From: Verrucomicrobiota bacterium
GTDB taxonomy: Bacteria; Verrucomicrobiota; Verrucomicrobiia; Limisphaerales; SXTU01
DNA length: 64,000 nt
Direction: 5' to 3'
Assembly (NCBI GenBank): GCA_016235545.1
Contig: JACRKB010000191.1
Span: 1,078 to 65,077 of the forward strand
Positions within the stretch are counted from its first letter, which is position 1. Every line of letters starts with the position of its first letter. A model generated the notes under the pieces. That model was not told the DNA's origin, searched no databases, and saw only the letters and a list, made by a program, of their open reading frames with translations. Shown here piece after piece: positions 8,809-17,664 of this stretch. The position numbers and the translations under genes are program-made.

Positions 8809-9549
8809 TCACGCCCAGCGCGCGATGCGGCTGTCGAGCTGGAAGAACTGGCCGGAGATGTTTTGCGTGGTGGCCAGAAAGGCGGTGAAGCGGGCGACTT
8901 CGGCGAGGTCGTTGAGGCGGCCCAGCGCGTTCGCGGCGGCGAAGGCGGCGAGCTGCTCCGGCGTGAGGCGCGCGGTCATCGGGGTGCGCAGGACGCCGGG
9001 AAGAATCGCGTTCACCCGGACGTTGCGCCTGCCGGCTTCCTTGGCGAGCGAGGTGGTGAGGCCCAGGAGCGCGGCCTTGGCGGCGGCGTAGTTGGCCTGG
9101 CCGCGATTGCCGGCGCGGGCGCTGAAGGAGGCAATGTTCAGGATGTGGCCGTCGCGCTGCTTGAACATCGGGCGCAGGACGGCTTGCGAGCAGAGGAACG
9201 CACCTTTGAGATGCACGTCGAGGACGCGCTGCCAGTCCTCGTCGGTGAGCTGCCACGAGAGGTTGTCAGCGGTGGTGCCAGCGTTGTTGATGAGCAGGTC
9301 AACGCGCTGCCAGCGGGAAAGGATTTGAGTGACGGCGGATTGGACGGCGTCGCTCGAAGTCACATCGAGCGGCAGCGGCAGAAGTGAATCACTTTCCGCG
9401 TGCGCGTTCTCTTGGTGGAAGCCGGCGGCGACGCGCCAGCCTTGCGCGTGAAACTCCGCGACAAGCGCGCGACCCAGGCCACCGGAGGCTCCGGTGATGA
9501 GGGCGACACGAGGGAATGGGGAATGGGGAACGGGAGGGGCCGACTCCAA
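8809..9549 (-). CDS. Short-chain dehydrogenase/reductase (FabG-like)
   Basis: VALITGASGGLGRAL (TGxxxGxG), NNAG and a YxxxK-type YAAAKAA motif. The start is uncertain. I use TTG 9547-9549 because the upstream sequence is made of heptamer repeats; alternatives are ATG 9621 and the track start 9657. Confidence 0.8.
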   Translation of the reverse strand: MESAPPVPHSPFPRVALITGASGGLGRALVAEFHAQGWRVAAGFHQENAHAESDSLLPLPLDVTSSDAVQSAVTQILSRWQRVDLLINNAGTTADNLSWQLTDEDWQRVLDVHLKGAFLCSQAVLRPMFKQRDGHILNIASFSARAGNRGQANYAAAKAALLGLTTSLAKEAGRRNVRVNAILPGVLRTPMTARLTPEQLAAFAAANALGRLNDLAEVARFTAFLATTQNISGQFFQLDSRIARWA

Positions 9550-9580
9550 GTGCGAATTGGAAATTGCGATCTGCGAATTC
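9512..9580. repeat. Two adjacent heptamer arrays (GGGAATG x about 4, then TGCGAAT-like x4)
   Basis: GGGAATG GGGAATG GGGAACG GGAGGGG (9512-9539), then TGCGAAT TGGAAAT TGCGATC TGCGAAT (9551-9578). Located in the amidohydrolase-SDR junction. Confidence 0.75.
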
Positions 9581-9625
9581 TCGGCGCGGGGGCGGCGGGC
9601 TCGTTGAGTTCGGGCGGCCATTGGT

Positions 9626-10891
9626 TCAGCGCGGTGGCTCGATGGCCCATTGGCCACCGATCATCACGCCGGCGATTTTTGGCGCGGCGTGGACGACTGT
9701 TTCCGCAGCGGATTCGATCGTGCAGTTCGAGCGGAGGACGAGCATGTCGGCGTGCGCGCGGCGGGTGAGTTCGCCGACCTTGCCGCGCTGGCCGAGGGCG
9801 GCGGCGGAGTTGCGGGTGACGAGATCAAGGAATTCCTCGGGCGAGAGGCCGGGCTGCCGCACGGTGAACGCACGGAGTTCTGCGAAGAGGTCTAGCTCGG
9901 GTTTGCGGCGCCCGTCCTTGCCGATGCTCGCGAGGCTGTCTGTGCCGAGGCAAAGGTTCACCCCGGCGTCGTGCAGCTCGGCGAAGGGGAATGGCGTGTG
10001 CCCGAAATAAGCGTGGCTGCGCGGGCAATGGACGACGTGGGCGCCCGCGCGGGCGAGGAGATCAGCGTCGCCAAGCGCGAGCTGGTTGACGTGGACGGCG
10101 AGGAAGCGCGAGTCGAGCAGCTTGAGGAAAGCGAGTTGCTGGACGGGCGAGCGCGAGCCGCAGTCGGCCATGTCGCGGCCGTTTTTGCGAAGCCAGTCGA
10201 ACATGGCTCCGCGCCCGTTGCGGAACATGCCGAACTCCAGGCCCGACTCCGCGACGTGCATGGTGAGCGGCCAGCGGGCGCGGCGGGAGATGCGGCGCGC
10301 GAGTTTAAGCAGCTCGGGGTTTGTGGTGTAGAGAGCGTGCGGCGAGAGCGCGGCGCGGCTGCGGCCCTCCGGAAGCTCGCGGATTTTTTGGACGGCCTGA
10401 CGGAGAAGCCTCGCGGGGCGCTGGCGGCGGCGGACGGAGATGATCTCGAGGAAGGAGAGGACGCGCAGCGGCGTGGAGGCCCACACTTCAGGGAGCAGTT
10501 CGGGCACTGCCTCTATGTCCGCGACGGTGGTGCAGCCCGAATGGAGAAGCTGTCGCACGCCGTTTAGCCAGGACTGCGCGAAGTCGGTGTAGCTCCACGA
10601 GGACTTGAGCGCGACGATACCCTGTATCCAGTCCAGGAAAGTCTTGGGTGGCAGGATTGCCCCTGCCATGTCGGTGTAATCGAGATGGCAGTGCGCGTTC
10701 ACAAGGCCAGGCAGAAGGATGGCCTCGCCGAGGTCGCGCGTCTCGGAGGGGGCGTTGCGGCGCAGGTCGCGCCAGCGCCCGACTGCGGCGATGCGGCCCC
10801 GGGAAATGAAAACCGCGCCGTCCTCAATCGCCGGCTGTGAGACCGGCAGGATGACTCGGGCGCGGAGCGCGAAGGACTTGGGTCCAGCCAT
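9626..10891 (-). CDS. Metal-dependent amidohydrolase (chlorohydrolase/nucleoside-deaminase-like)
   Basis: 421 aa. LLPGLVNAHCHLDYTDMAG (HxH metal motif), TMHVAES, and GTDSLAS near the C-terminus. The start ATG shares one nucleotide with the hpf stop (TGATG). Confidence 0.8.
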   Translation of the reverse strand: MAGPKSFALRARVILPVSQPAIEDGAVFISRGRIAAVGRWRDLRRNAPSETRDLGEAILLPGLVNAHCHLDYTDMAGAILPPKTFLDWIQGIVALKSSWSYTDFAQSWLNGVRQLLHSGCTTVADIEAVPELLPEVWASTPLRVLSFLEIISVRRRQRPARLLRQAVQKIRELPEGRSRAALSPHALYTTNPELLKLARRISRRARWPLTMHVAESGLEFGMFRNGRGAMFDWLRKNGRDMADCGSRSPVQQLAFLKLLDSRFLAVHVNQLALGDADLLARAGAHVVHCPRSHAYFGHTPFPFAELHDAGVNLCLGTDSLASIGKDGRRKPELDLFAELRAFTVRQPGLSPEEFLDLVTRNSAAALGQRGKVGELTRRAHADMLVLRSNCTIESAAETVVHAAPKIAGVMIGGQWAIEPPR

Positions 10892-11238
10892 CAGGAGGCG
10901 CGACGGCGTTCCTTGCTGCGGGCGGCCAGGCTGTGCGTCTTCGCCTTGGACTTGCTGTGCCGCTTGCGGATCTGCTGCTCGATCTTCTTGGTGACGGCAT
11001 CAATCGCGGCGTAGAGGTCGGCTTCGTGATCCTCCGCGAAGAGGTCGGGGCCGCGCACGCCCACACGCATGGAGCAGCCGAAGGCCTTGGCGGGGTCGCG
11101 GGTGTCGTCGTGCTCGATGGTGACGCGGGCATCAATGGTCCAGCGGTCGAAGTGCTCGAGCTTGTCGATCTTGGTGAGGATGTGCTCCTCAATGGCTTTG
11201 GTCAGCGTGACGTTGTGAGTGGAGAGAATCAACTTCAT
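10891..11238 (-). CDS. hpf: Ribosome hibernation promoting factor / RaiA family
   Basis: Start at ATG 11236-11238. MKLILSTHNVTLTKAIEEHILTKIDKLEHFDRW...ADLYAAIDAVTKKIEQQIRK is a typical sigma-54-modulation/S30EA fold sequence. Confidence 0.85.
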   Translation of the reverse strand: MKLILSTHNVTLTKAIEEHILTKIDKLEHFDRWTIDARVTIEHDDTRDPAKAFGCSMRVGVRGPDLFAEDHEADLYAAIDAVTKKIEQQIRKRHSKSKAKTHSLAARSKERRRAS

Positions 11239-11325
11239 GGCGAGAGCTTGGCGGCGAGGCTGCTGGAAATCCAGCCGGGAATTGTCGAAGGCTGCCCACG
11301 CGAACGAACACACCCAGATCAGAAG

Positions 11326-11411
11326 TGGTGGTAGGACCTGGATTCGAACCAGGGAAGGCGTGAGCCAGCAGATTTACAGTCTGCCCCCGTTGGCCACTTG
11401 GGTATCCTACC
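11326..11411 (-). tRNA. tRNA-Tyr: tRNA-Tyr (anticodon GTA), class II with long variable arm, CCA encoded
   Basis: The reverse complement reads GGTAGGATACCCAAGTGGCCAACGGGGGCAGACTGTAAATCTGCTGGCTCACGCCTTCCCTGGTTCGAATCCAGGTCCTACCACCA. Acceptor GGTAGGA/TCCTACC, anticodon stem-loop GCAGA-CTGTAAA-TCTGC, T arm CCTGG-TTCGAAT-CCAGG. It closely resembles E. coli tRNA-Tyr. Confidence 0.95.
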
Positions 11412-11648
11412 AGCCATCCCGGCGATTACTCGCGGGGGGCGGATTAAGCCAAACACACCCCAGCGGCTCAAGGGGAATCTTGGATCGACTGGAGCACGCG
11501 TTCGGGGCTCATCTCAGTTCCTTCCCATCGAGCGGCTTTCTGCTCCTGCCGCATTGCCCCGCAGGCGACTGAAAGGCTCCCTCTTGCGCTCGTTGTCACA
11601 GTTCCCATCTTGTAACTTCCCTGCATAACCGGGAGTCTCCCGGCACGC

Positions 11649-14600
11649 ATGAACTTGGTCCGCCTCGCCCTCCGCCGCCCGCTCACGATTGTCGTCGGCG
11701 TCATCGCGGTCGCCTTGGGCGCGTGGATTGCCCTCCAGCGCATGACGCGCGACGTGTTCCCGCCGCTGGGCATCCCGACCATTTACGTCGCGCAGCCCTT
11801 CGGCGGCATGGACCCGGCGCAGATGGAGGGCTACATCACCTACTTCTACGAATACCACTTCCTCTACATCACGGGCATCGAGCACGTGGAGTCGAAGTCC
11901 GTCCAAGGCGCGAGCATCATGAAGCTCCAGTTCCATCCAAACGTGGACATGTCGTCCGCGTTGTCCGAGGTGGTGGCCTACGTGAACCGCTCGCGCGCGT
12001 TCATGCCGCCGGGGACGCCCGGGCCGTTCATCACGCGCTTCGACGCCGGCAGCGTGCCGGTGGGCTATCTCGTCTTCTCCACGACGAATGCGAACCGCAC
12101 CGTCGGCGAGATGCAAAACGCCGCGTTGAATCAAGTGCGCCCGCTCTTCGCGCCGCTGCCGGGCGTGTCCGCTCCCCCGCCCTTCGGCGGCAGCGCACGG
12201 ACGATTCTCGTCAACCTCAAGCCCGACCGCCTGCGCAGCTACGGCATTTCCGCCGATGAAGTCGTCACCGCGATGGCCGCCGCGAACACGCTGAGTCCCT
12301 CCGGCAATCTCCCGCTCGGCGACAAGTATCCCTTCGTCCCCATCAACGCGGTGGTGAAGAACATTCAAGACCTCGCCGCCGTGCCCATCCGCACGGGCAC
12401 GGGCGCGGGCGGCGGCGCAGTCTTCGTGCGCGACCTCGGCGACGTGGCCGACGGCGCGGACCTCATCACCAGCTACGCGCTCGCGAACGGCAAGCGCACC
12501 GTCTATATGCCCGTCACCAAGCGCTCGGACGCGAGCACGCTCTCGGTGGTCGAGCTGGTGAAAGCAAACATCAAGAAGTTCAAAGAGGTGCTGCCCGACG
12601 ACATCGAGGTGACTTACGAGTTCGACCAGTCGCCCTACGTTGTGCGCGCCATCCGCGACCTCGTGAAGGAAGGTGCGCTTGGCGCGGTGCTGACGGGCTT
12701 GATGGTGCTGCTGTTCCTCCGTGACTGGCGCAGCGCATTCATCGTGGTCATCAACATCCCCGTGTCGCTGCTTGCCGGGACGTTCGCGCTGTGGGTGAGC
12801 GGACAGAATGTGAACCTCATGACGCTCGGCGGCCTCGCGCTGGCCGTCGGCATCCTCGTGGACGAGGCGACAGTGGCGATTGAGAACATCCACGTGCATC
12901 TCGCGCGCGGTCGTCCGCTCGCCCGCGCCGCGCTCGATGCCACGGTGGAAACGACTGGCCCGCGTTTCCTCGCGATGCTCTGCGTGCTGGCCGTCTTCAT
13001 CCCCGCGTTCTTCATGCAAGGCGCGGCCAAGGCGCTCTTCACGCCGCTCGCGCTGGCCGTGGGCTTCTCGATGGTCGCGAGCTTCGTGCTGTCCAGCACG
13101 CTGGTGCCGGTGTTGAGCGTGTGGCTGCTGCGCGGGCACGAGTCAGGCGTAAAGGAAGAAAAGGGCTCGCCAGCCTACGCCTCGCTCCTCCGCCCGCTTC
13201 TCGCGGCCCGCTGGCTGGTGCTGCTCGTTTATCTCGGCGTTGCTGCCGCCGCGCTCTGGTTCATCTTCCCGCGCCTTGGCACCGAGATTTTTCCCAAGGT
13301 GGACGCTGGTCAGATTCAGCTTCGCCTCCGCGCGCCGTCCGGCACGCAGTTGGAGAAGACCGAAGCCATCGCCCTCCGTGTGCTCGACCTCATCAAGCGC
13401 GAGGCCGGTCCGGACAACGTGCAGATGAGCATCGGCCTCGTCGGCGTCCACGCGGCGAACTATCCCATCAACCTCATCCACCAGTGGAACGCCGGCCCCG
13501 AGGAAGGCGTGCTGCAAATCCAGTTCAAGCCCGGCTCCGTCCGCACTGAACCGCTCAAGGAAAAGCTGCGGGCCATCTTCAAAGCCGAGCTGCCCGACGT
13601 GCTCGTGAGCTTCGAGCCGAGCGACATCGTCGAGCGCGTGATGAGCTTCGGCGCGCCGACGCCCATCGAGATTGCCGTGCAAGGCCAGAGCCTTCACGCG
13701 AGCAAGGAGTTCGCCGACAAAATCCGTGAGCGGCTGGCGAAGATTCCTTCGCTGCGCGACGTGCAGTTCGCACAGGTGCTCGACTACCCGACGCTCGACG
13801 TGAACATCAACCGCGAGCGCGCCGGCCTGCTCGGCGTGCGGATGAGCGACGCCACGAAGTCGCTCGTCGCCAGCACTGCGAGCAGCCGCTTCACCGTGCC
13901 GAACTACTGGGCCGACCCCGCGAGCGGCATCGCGTTCAGCGTGCAAGTGCAGGTGCCGCAAGGCCGCGTGACCACCGTCGAGGAGTTCAAGAACACGCCG
14001 GTCACCACCACCGGCGGCAAGGCCACGCTCCTCCGCAACATCGCGAGCGTGAGCGAGGGCACCGCGCCGCAGACCTACGAGCGCTACAACCTCGTCCGCG
14101 TCGTCTCGCTCACAGCGAACATCCACGGCTCGGACCTCGGCAGCGTGGCGAAGCAAATTCATACGGCTATCAAGGAAGCCGGCGCGCCGCCCGCGAAGAC
14201 CAGCGTCGCCGTGCGCGGGCAGATTCCGCCGATGGAAGAAATGTTCGCCGGACTCCGCAACGGCCTGGCGCTCGCCGTGGTCGTCATCTTCCTCCTGCTA
14301 GCCGCGAACTTTCAGTCCGTCCGTCTTTCGATCGTCGTCATCTCCACCGTGCCCGCCGTCATCGCGGGCGTGGCGCTGACGCTCTGGCTCACCCACACGA
14401 CGCTGAACATCCAGAGCTTCATGGGCGCCATCATGGCCGTCGGAGTGGCCGTCGCGAACGCCATCCTGCTCGTGACCTTTGCCGAGCGGGCGCGGGTGTC
14501 TGGCAGCGCGGACGCCAATGCCGCTTCGCTCGAAGGGGCCACGTCCCGCCTCCGCCCCATCCTCATGACAAGCTTCGCCATGATGGCCGGCATGCTGCCG

Positions 14601-14801
14601 CTAGCAATCGGGGCGGGCGAGGGCGGCGACCAGACCGCGCCGCTCGGCCGCGCCGTCATCGGAGGTCTCGCCGCCGCGACGCTCACGACGCTCTTCATCC
14701 TCCCGTCCGTCTTCGCCGTGGTGATGGCCGGCAAGCACACGCGCTCCGCCAGTCTTGACCCGGACGACGAGCAAAGCCCGCAGTTTAGCGCCGCCGAATG
14801 A
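11649..14801 (+). CDS. RND efflux transporter permease (AcrB/CzcA superfamily)
   Basis: 1050 aa. N-terminus MNLVRLALRRPLTIVVGVIAVALGAW, with the 12-TM and two large periplasmic loop layout visible in the translation. Confidence 0.9.
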   Translation: MNLVRLALRRPLTIVVGVIAVALGAWIALQRMTRDVFPPLGIPTIYVAQPFGGMDPAQMEGYITYFYEYHFLYITGIEHVESKSVQGASIMKLQFHPNVDMSSALSEVVAYVNRSRAFMPPGTPGPFITRFDAGSVPVGYLVFSTTNANRTVGEMQNAALNQVRPLFAPLPGVSAPPPFGGSARTILVNLKPDRLRSYGISADEVVTAMAAANTLSPSGNLPLGDKYPFVPINAVVKNIQDLAAVPIRTGTGAGGGAVFVRDLGDVADGADLITSYALANGKRTVYMPVTKRSDASTLSVVELVKANIKKFKEVLPDDIEVTYEFDQSPYVVRAIRDLVKEGALGAVLTGLMVLLFLRDWRSAFIVVINIPVSLLAGTFALWVSGQNVNLMTLGGLALAVGILVDEATVAIENIHVHLARGRPLARAALDATVETTGPRFLAMLCVLAVFIPAFFMQGAAKALFTPLALAVGFSMVASFVLSSTLVPVLSVWLLRGHESGVKEEKGSPAYASLLRPLLAARWLVLLVYLGVAAAALWFIFPRLGTEIFPKVDAGQIQLRLRAPSGTQLEKTEAIALRVLDLIKREAGPDNVQMSIGLVGVHAANYPINLIHQWNAGPEEGVLQIQFKPGSVRTEPLKEKLRAIFKAELPDVLVSFEPSDIVERVMSFGAPTPIEIAVQGQSLHASKEFADKIRERLAKIPSLRDVQFAQVLDYPTLDVNINRERAGLLGVRMSDATKSLVASTASSRFTVPNYWADPASGIAFSVQVQVPQGRVTTVEEFKNTPVTTTGGKATLLRNIASVSEGTAPQTYERYNLVRVVSLTANIHGSDLGSVAKQIHTAIKEAGAPPAKTSVAVRGQIPPMEEMFAGLRNGLALAVVVIFLLLAANFQSVRLSIVVISTVPAVIAGVALTLWLTHTTLNIQSFMGAIMAVGVAVANAILLVTFAERARVSGSADANAASLEGATSRLRPILMTSFAMMAGMLPLAIGAGEGGDQTAPLGRAVIGGLAAATLTTLFILPSVFAVVMAGKHTRSASLDPDDEQSPQFSAAE

Positions 14802-16165
14802 ACGCACCCATGAAAACCTACGCTTGGAGCGCGGACGCCCGCGTCCGCATAACCACATCAAACGAGAACGCATGCGTCCGCGCTGCCGCCACGCTCTCCT
14901 GCGCGCTCTTGCTGCTCGCCGCGCCGCTTCTCGCGGCGGACGGCCCCTCCGTTCGCGTCACCATGCCCACACGCGGCGACGTTCACCGCTTCGTCGCGCA
15001 GCCGGGCACCATCCGCCCGCTTCAGCAGGCCACGCTCTACGCGAAGGTTCCCGGTTACTTGAAGTCCATCGCCGTGGACAAGGGCGACGCCGTGAAGGCC
15101 GGAGCGGTACTCGCGCAAATCGAAGTCCCCGAGTTGCAGGCCGAGTTGCTTTCGCAACAGGCGCAGATTGCCAAGGCCAGCGCCGACGTCGCACGCGCAC
15201 AGTCCGAAGTCACCCGCCGCCAGGCCGAGGTGGCGCGGTTCGACGCGGAGCTGAACCGCCTCCGCGCCGTGCTGGAGAAGAACGAGGCTGAACGCGCCTT
15301 CACAGACTCCGAGCTGGACCGCCTCACCAAGGCCCGCAGGCAGGCCCCCGACCTCGTCACCGCGCAGCAACTCGACAAGGCCAGGTCCGACCGAGAAGTG
15401 CTCGCCGCCACTCTCAACGCCGCGCGCCAGACCGTCGCCGCCGCGCAGGCCGAGCAGCAGGCGGTTCGCGCGTCAGTGGATGTGGCCCAGCGGCTCGTGG
15501 CCGTCGCGCAGGCGGAGGCACAGGTGGCGGACGCCGGTTTGCAGCGCACGCGGACGCTGCTCTCCTACACGCGAATCACCGCGCCATTTGGCGGTATGGT
15601 CACCGCGCGCTTCGTGGACACGGGCACGTTCATACCCGCCGCGACCGCCGGCAACTCCGGCCAAAACGCCGCCATCGTCACCGTGATGGACTTCGACACC
15701 GTGCGCGTGCAGGTCGCAGTGACCGAGCTGGAAGCCGCGCTCGTCGTGAAGGGCCAGCCGGTGAAGGTCGCGCTCGACGGCCTGCCCGGCAAAACCTTCG
15801 AGGGCGCGGTCACGCGCTTCTCCGGCGCACTGGACGAGAACACACGCACCATGCTCGTCGAGGCCGAGCTGCCGAACCCCGGCCATGCGCTGCGGCCCGG
15901 GATGTATGCGATGGTCCGCGTGGGCGTGGAGAAGCACACGAACGTGATGCTCGTGCCAAGCGAGGCGCTGGTGATGGAGAAGACCTCTGCGTTCCTCTTC
16001 CTCGCCGACGGCGGCAAGGCGAAGAAGACGCCGGTGAAGATTGGCTTCAACGACGGCGCGAAGGTGGAAATCGTCTCGGGCCTCGGGGAGGCGGCGAAGG
16101 TGATTCTCGTCGGGAAGATGACCTTGGCCGACGGACAGGCCGTCAACGTGCAGGAGGGCAAGTGA
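14798..16165 (+). CDS. RND efflux periplasmic adaptor (MFP/HlyD family)
   Basis: 455 aa. ATGA overlap with the permease stop. Contains a long Ala/Gln-rich coiled-coil hairpin and beta-barrel motifs (RITAPFGGMVTARFVDTG, AIVTVMDFDTVRVQV). Confidence 0.85.
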   Translation: MNAPMKTYAWSADARVRITTSNENACVRAAATLSCALLLLAAPLLAADGPSVRVTMPTRGDVHRFVAQPGTIRPLQQATLYAKVPGYLKSIAVDKGDAVKAGAVLAQIEVPELQAELLSQQAQIAKASADVARAQSEVTRRQAEVARFDAELNRLRAVLEKNEAERAFTDSELDRLTKARRQAPDLVTAQQLDKARSDREVLAATLNAARQTVAAAQAEQQAVRASVDVAQRLVAVAQAEAQVADAGLQRTRTLLSYTRITAPFGGMVTARFVDTGTFIPAATAGNSGQNAAIVTVMDFDTVRVQVAVTELEAALVVKGQPVKVALDGLPGKTFEGAVTRFSGALDENTRTMLVEAELPNPGHALRPGMYAMVRVGVEKHTNVMLVPSEALVMEKTSAFLFLADGGKAKKTPVKIGFNDGAKVEIVSGLGEAAKVILVGKMTLADGQAVNVQEGK

Positions 16166-17562
16166 AGTATTCAGTGTTCAGTGTTCAGTGTTCAGTGCCG
16201 GCGTGCCGGCGACTTCCAGTCGCCGTCGGGCTTGGTGCGGATGCGGTGCGGCGGCTGGAAGCACGCCGGCACGGGCTGCTGGCCTTGGCGGCGTTCCTCT
16301 GCTCGGCCTTCCTCGCCGCCGCTCAGACAAACCAGCCCATTGACCTCCCCACTGCGCTAAAGCTCGCCGGCGCGCAGAACCTCGACGTGCAAATCGCCCG
16401 CGAGCGCTTGCGGGAGTCGCAAGCCGCTCACGACGCCGCGCTCTACAACTTCTTCCCGTGGGTCGCGCCCGGCGTCGGCTACAAGCGCCACGATGGACGA
16501 ATACAGGACGTGACTGGAAACATGTTCGACACGAGCAAGCAGCAGCTTGCGCCCGGCTTGAATGTCGAGGCGCGGCTGGAGCTGGGCGAGGCGTGGTTCA
16601 AGGCGCTTGCCGCGAAGCAGCTCGCAAAGGCCGCCGACCACGCCGTCGAGGCGCAGCGGCAGGAGAGCGTCTTCAACGCCGCGCACGGCTACTTCGACCT
16701 CGTGAAGGCCCGCGCCACCGCAGAGGTCGCGCAGGAGGCCTCGCGCATCGCGGGGGACTACGCTGACCAGCTCCAGCGCGGCGTCGAGCTGGGCCTCATC
16801 TTCAAGGGCGACGCCCTTCGCGCACGCGGGCAGGCCGAGCGCAACCAACTCGCCGTCCAGCAAGCCCGCGAGCAGCAGCGCCTCTCCGCCGCCCGGCTCG
16901 CGCAGGTGCTCCGGCTTGACCCATCGGTGGACCTGCTCCCCGCGGACATCGAATTGCTCCCGCTCAGGCTCACGGCGACGAACACCGCACTGGACACGCT
17001 CGTGGCCCAAGCCCTTGGCGCGCGGCCGGAGTTGAAGCGAGGATCAGCTCTCACCAAGGCGGCGAAGAAGAACCGCGATGCGGCGACCGTCGGCCCGCTG
17101 ATTCCCAGCCTCGGCGCGCAGGCGTTCTTCGGCGGGCTTGGCGGCGGACGCAACAACGACCTCGACCAGTTCGGCGGCACGGAAAGCGTCGCAATCACGC
17201 TGGGCTGGCGCATCGGTCCCGGCGGCATCTTCGACTCCACCCGCGAGAAGTTTGCCGACGCGAGTCTCAAGGCCGCCTCGCTCGCCACCGACAAGGTGAA
17301 GGACGACGTTATCCGCCAGGTCGTCGAGGCGCACACGCGAGTTCACTCGTTGGCCGCGCAGCTGGCGACGCTCAAGCGCGCACTTGCCACGGCGGAAGAG
17401 GCTTTCCGCCTCACCCGCGAGCGCAAGGAGCGCGGCTTCGGCGTGGTGCTGGAAAACATCTTCGCCGAGCAGGACCTCACCCGCGCCCGCAGCGACTACG
17501 TCGCCGGGATCGCCGAGTTCAACAAGGCGCAATACGGGCTGCTGCGCGCCACAGGCCGCTGA
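16162..17562 (+). CDS. TolC-family outer membrane factor of the RND operon
   Basis: LPTALKLAGAQNLDVQIARERL and the duplicated OEP architecture. The track start is GTG 16162 (GTGA overlap with the adaptor stop), but the first about 28 codons are repeat sequence. An alternative GTG at 16246 gives the signal peptide RRLEARRHGLLALAAFLCSAFLAAAQT. Confidence 0.8.
   Translation: MKYSVFSVQCSVPACRRLPVAVGLGADAVRRLEARRHGLLALAAFLCSAFLAAAQTNQPIDLPTALKLAGAQNLDVQIARERLRESQAAHDAALYNFFPWVAPGVGYKRHDGRIQDVTGNMFDTSKQQLAPGLNVEARLELGEAWFKALAAKQLAKAADHAVEAQRQESVFNAAHGYFDLVKARATAEVAQEASRIAGDYADQLQRGVELGLIFKGDALRARGQAERNQLAVQQAREQQRLSAARLAQVLRLDPSVDLLPADIELLPLRLTATNTALDTLVAQALGARPELKRGSALTKAAKKNRDAATVGPLIPSLGAQAFFGGLGGGRNNDLDQFGGTESVAITLGWRIGPGGIFDSTREKFADASLKAASLATDKVKDDVIRQVVEAHTRVHSLAAQLATLKRALATAEEAFRLTRERKERGFGVVLENIFAEQDLTRARSDYVAGIAEFNKAQYGLLRATGR
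16171..16197. repeat. Heptamer array TCAGTGT x about 4
   Basis: TCAGTGT TCAGTGT TCAGTGT TCAGTG sits immediately after the adaptor stop and at the 5' end of the OMP ORF. Confidence 0.85.
16202..16228. repeat. Family-C 27-nt hairpin motif, copy 1
   Basis: The reverse complement CGACGGCGACTGGAAGTCGCCGGCACG matches 25502-25528 at 26/27 positions. It contains a GGCGAC / GTCGCC stem with a 5-nt loop. Confidence 0.75.
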
Positions 17563-17664
17563 CGGATGGAAGGCGGCGGGGCCGGCTTGCCCGACTGAAC
17601 CCGCTTTGAGGGCGCATCTCAGTTTCTTGCAATCCAACAGTGGCGAGTGGTGCGCCTGGGCTGC

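Noticed and set aside
11629-11643. Riboswitch or structured leader upstream of the RND permease
   Set aside because: There is only a 6-bp stem with a 3-nt loop, and no conserved riboswitch core is recognisable in the 237-nt leader. It is mentioned under the RND finding as a minor feature only.
11412-11648. Small ORFs (11398-11628, 11219-11572) and a TTGTCA...TAACTT promoter-like pair in the tRNA/RND intergenic region
   Set aside because: The ORFs overlap the tRNA or lack any motif. The promoter-like hexamers have poor spacing and cannot be supported without transcription start-site data.
11514-13139. 541-aa ORF antisense to the RND permease
   Set aside because: Same reasoning. The plus-strand frame encodes an unmistakable AcrB/CzcA-type protein, and the antisense frame is low-complexity (R, E, H, A, G).
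16171-16197. Possible CRISPR array from the short tandem repeats here and at 6407, 9512 and 22108
   Set aside because: The units are only 7 nt, directly abutting with no spacers, and each array totals about 28 nt. No cas genes are in the window.
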